Part shown: positions 42,553 to 43,788 of the stretch, piece by piece
How the letters are laid out: every line of letters starts with the position of its first letter
How positions within the stretch are numbered: the first letter of the stretch is position 1
Made by a program: the position numbers and the translations under genes
Source of the DNA: a virus
Strand: one strand, 5' to 3'
Virus record (IMG/VR): IMGVR_UViG_3300045988_166023
Length of the DNA stretch: 43,788 bases
The notes under the pieces: model-generated
Databases searched by the model: none
Seen by the model: the letters and a program-made list of their open reading frames with translations, nothing else
What the model was told of the DNA's origin: nothing

Positions 42553-43551
42553 ATGACTGAAATTGAGAAGATTCAGAGCAAAATTTTAATGAGAATGCAG
42601 GATGTTTTAGACAATGAGCAATTACAGAAACTTGAGAACGTATTAGTTCTGGAGTTTCACAACATTGAAGTAAAACAGGAATGTACAGATTTGGTAACTT
42701 CGGAGCGGCATTGGGAGAAAATACTTCGAACATTTCTGGCAAGCAAGAGGATCGAAAACTGTTCAGAAGGAACGCTGAAAAGTTATAATGATTGTGTAAC
42801 AAGATTAATAACAACACTGAATAAGAGACTACAGGATATAACAACAAATGATATCCGGTATTACTTAGCGATGTATCAAGAAACAAGGAAAATATCTATG
42901 AGCTACTTAGACACGATTAGACGATATCTGAGTAGCTTTTTCGCCTGGGTGTCTGATGAAGGGTATATTCAAAAAAACCCCATGAGACGATTGAAGAAAA
43001 TAAAGGTTCCGCAGACAATCAAAAAGCCTTTTACACAGGCAGAAATGGAGCACTTAAGATGCAGTGCGGAATGTCAGAGAGACATTGCGATAATGGAATT
43101 TCTATATTCGACAGCGGCACGTATAGGTGAAGTCATAAGGCTTAACAGAAGGGATATTAATTGGGAAGGGAAAGAGGTAATCATTTACGGTGAAAAGGGT
43201 AAGAAAGAAAGAAAGGTGTATTTGACAGATGAGTGTGCATATCACTTAAAAAAGTATCTGTTCGCACGAACGGATATGAATCCAGCTTTGTTCGTGAGCA
43301 ATAAGCAGCCACACAGCCGTTTGGGAAAGCAAGCAATACAGTCGATGTTGCGGACACTGGGAAAGAAGACAGGAATCCACGCTCATCCGCATAAATTCCG
43401 AAGGACACTTTTAACGGATGCCGGAAACAGAGGAATTCCACTGCAGGAAATCCAAGCCTATGCAGGTCACCAGAAACCAGATACAACGATGCTATATGTA
43501 ACGGTTAGCGAAGAAAATGTGAAAGCATCTTTTAGAAGATATATAGCCTGA
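42553..43551 (+). CDS. Tyrosine recombinase (XerC/D- or Rci-like), candidate shufflon invertase
   Basis: SAM-like N-domain. Catalytic residues lie in STAARIGEV (R), HPHKFRRT (H-x-x-R), GHQKPDTTMLY (H, Y). GGAGGTG SD lies 7 nt before ATG 42553. It sits between the two cassette arrays. Confidence 0.9.
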   Translation: MTEIEKIQSKILMRMQDVLDNEQLQKLENVLVLEFHNIEVKQECTDLVTSERHWEKILRTFLASKRIENCSEGTLKSYNDCVTRLITTLNKRLQDITTNDIRYYLAMYQETRKISMSYLDTIRRYLSSFFAWVSDEGYIQKNPMRRLKKIKVPQTIKKPFTQAEMEHLRCSAECQRDIAIMEFLYSTAARIGEVIRLNRRDINWEGKEVIIYGEKGKKERKVYLTDECAYHLKKYLFARTDMNPALFVSNKQPHSRLGKQAIQSMLRTLGKKTGIHAHPHKFRRTLLTDAGNRGIPLQEIQAYAGHQKPDTTMLYVTVSEENVKASFRRYIA

Positions 43552-43669
43552 CAAAATGATTCTATACAGATTTTTCAAACCGGCAGAAATGGCGGTTTAT
43601 TCTGCGTGTTTAAAAAGTGAGAGACTAGAAGGGAGAATAAGAGAAAATCAAGAAAATGAGGTGTTAAAC

Positions 43670-43788
43670 TAAATGGGAAGAGGAAAAATTATAACTTTGT
43701 CAAAGAAATTGTTGCGTAAATATTCTTAGTAGTAATTTTGAGAGTTTGATAATCAACCCAGGATACGATTCCTTCTAAATCCGACATA
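43670..43788. repeat. 119-bp direct terminal repeat, copy 2 (identical to 1..119)
   Basis: Base-by-base identity with 1..119. Confidence 0.97.

Larger units (their letters stand above)
1..43788. mobile_element. Complete temperate siphovirus-like phage genome (unit length 43,669 bp) with 119-bp terminal overlap, i.e. circularly closed
   Basis: All phage modules are present in canonical order (lysis, int/attP, CI switch, replication, terS/terL/portal, head, tail, TMP, fibres). The window ends repeat exactly, and one fibre cassette reads across the junction. Confidence 0.85.

Overview
This 43,788-nt window is a complete temperate, siphovirus-like phage genome from a low-GC Firmicutes (Clostridia-type) host. 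The first 119 nt recur exactly at the end (1..119 = 43670..43788), so the unit genome is 43,669 bp and closes into a circle. Going round the circle, the gene order is as follows. (1) Lysis cassette at 1292..3055: C39-like protein, holin, GH25 endolysin. (2) An attP-like AT-rich region with arm-type repeats, then a tyrosine integrase (3356..4450, minus). (3) Lysogeny-module morons (lipoprotein, membrane-anchored protein) and a CI-like repressor with back-to-back promoters. (4) Early/replication module: Gp157-like, Sak4-like ATPase, DUF669-like SSB, ERCC4-type nuclease, CHC2 zinc-finger protein, SF3-type helicase, and an iteron-type origin at 15122..15310. (5) A run of small, translationally coupled early ORFs, an ArpU/RinA-like late regulator, a strong terminator and a tRNA-like element lacking the anticodon arm. 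(6) terS, terL, portal, and an SPP1-gp7-like head protein fused to an ADP-ribosyltransferase domain. (7) A four-gene moron island containing a Bro-N antirepressor and a tandem DUF2829/Tad2-like protein. (8) Scaffold, major capsid, neck proteins, major tail protein, chaperones, a 1708-aa tape measure, Dit, Tal and fibre proteins. The outstanding feature straddles the circular junction (41206..43669 plus 1..1132). The last tail-fibre gene carries a 10-bp core, AAATAGTAAG, in frame (codons N-S-K). The same core recurs three more times in direct orientation and four times in inverted orientation. Each copy is followed, in the same frame, by a start-less 80-96-codon open cassette. A second tyrosine recombinase sits between the two cassette arrays and is itself flanked by a 21/22-bp inverted repeat carrying a 2-nt variant of the core. 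I read this as an eight-cassette, tyrosine-recombinase-driven shufflon that switches the C-terminal, presumably receptor-binding, domain of a tail-fibre tip protein. All family assignments come from motif recognition by eye and need HMM or structure confirmation.
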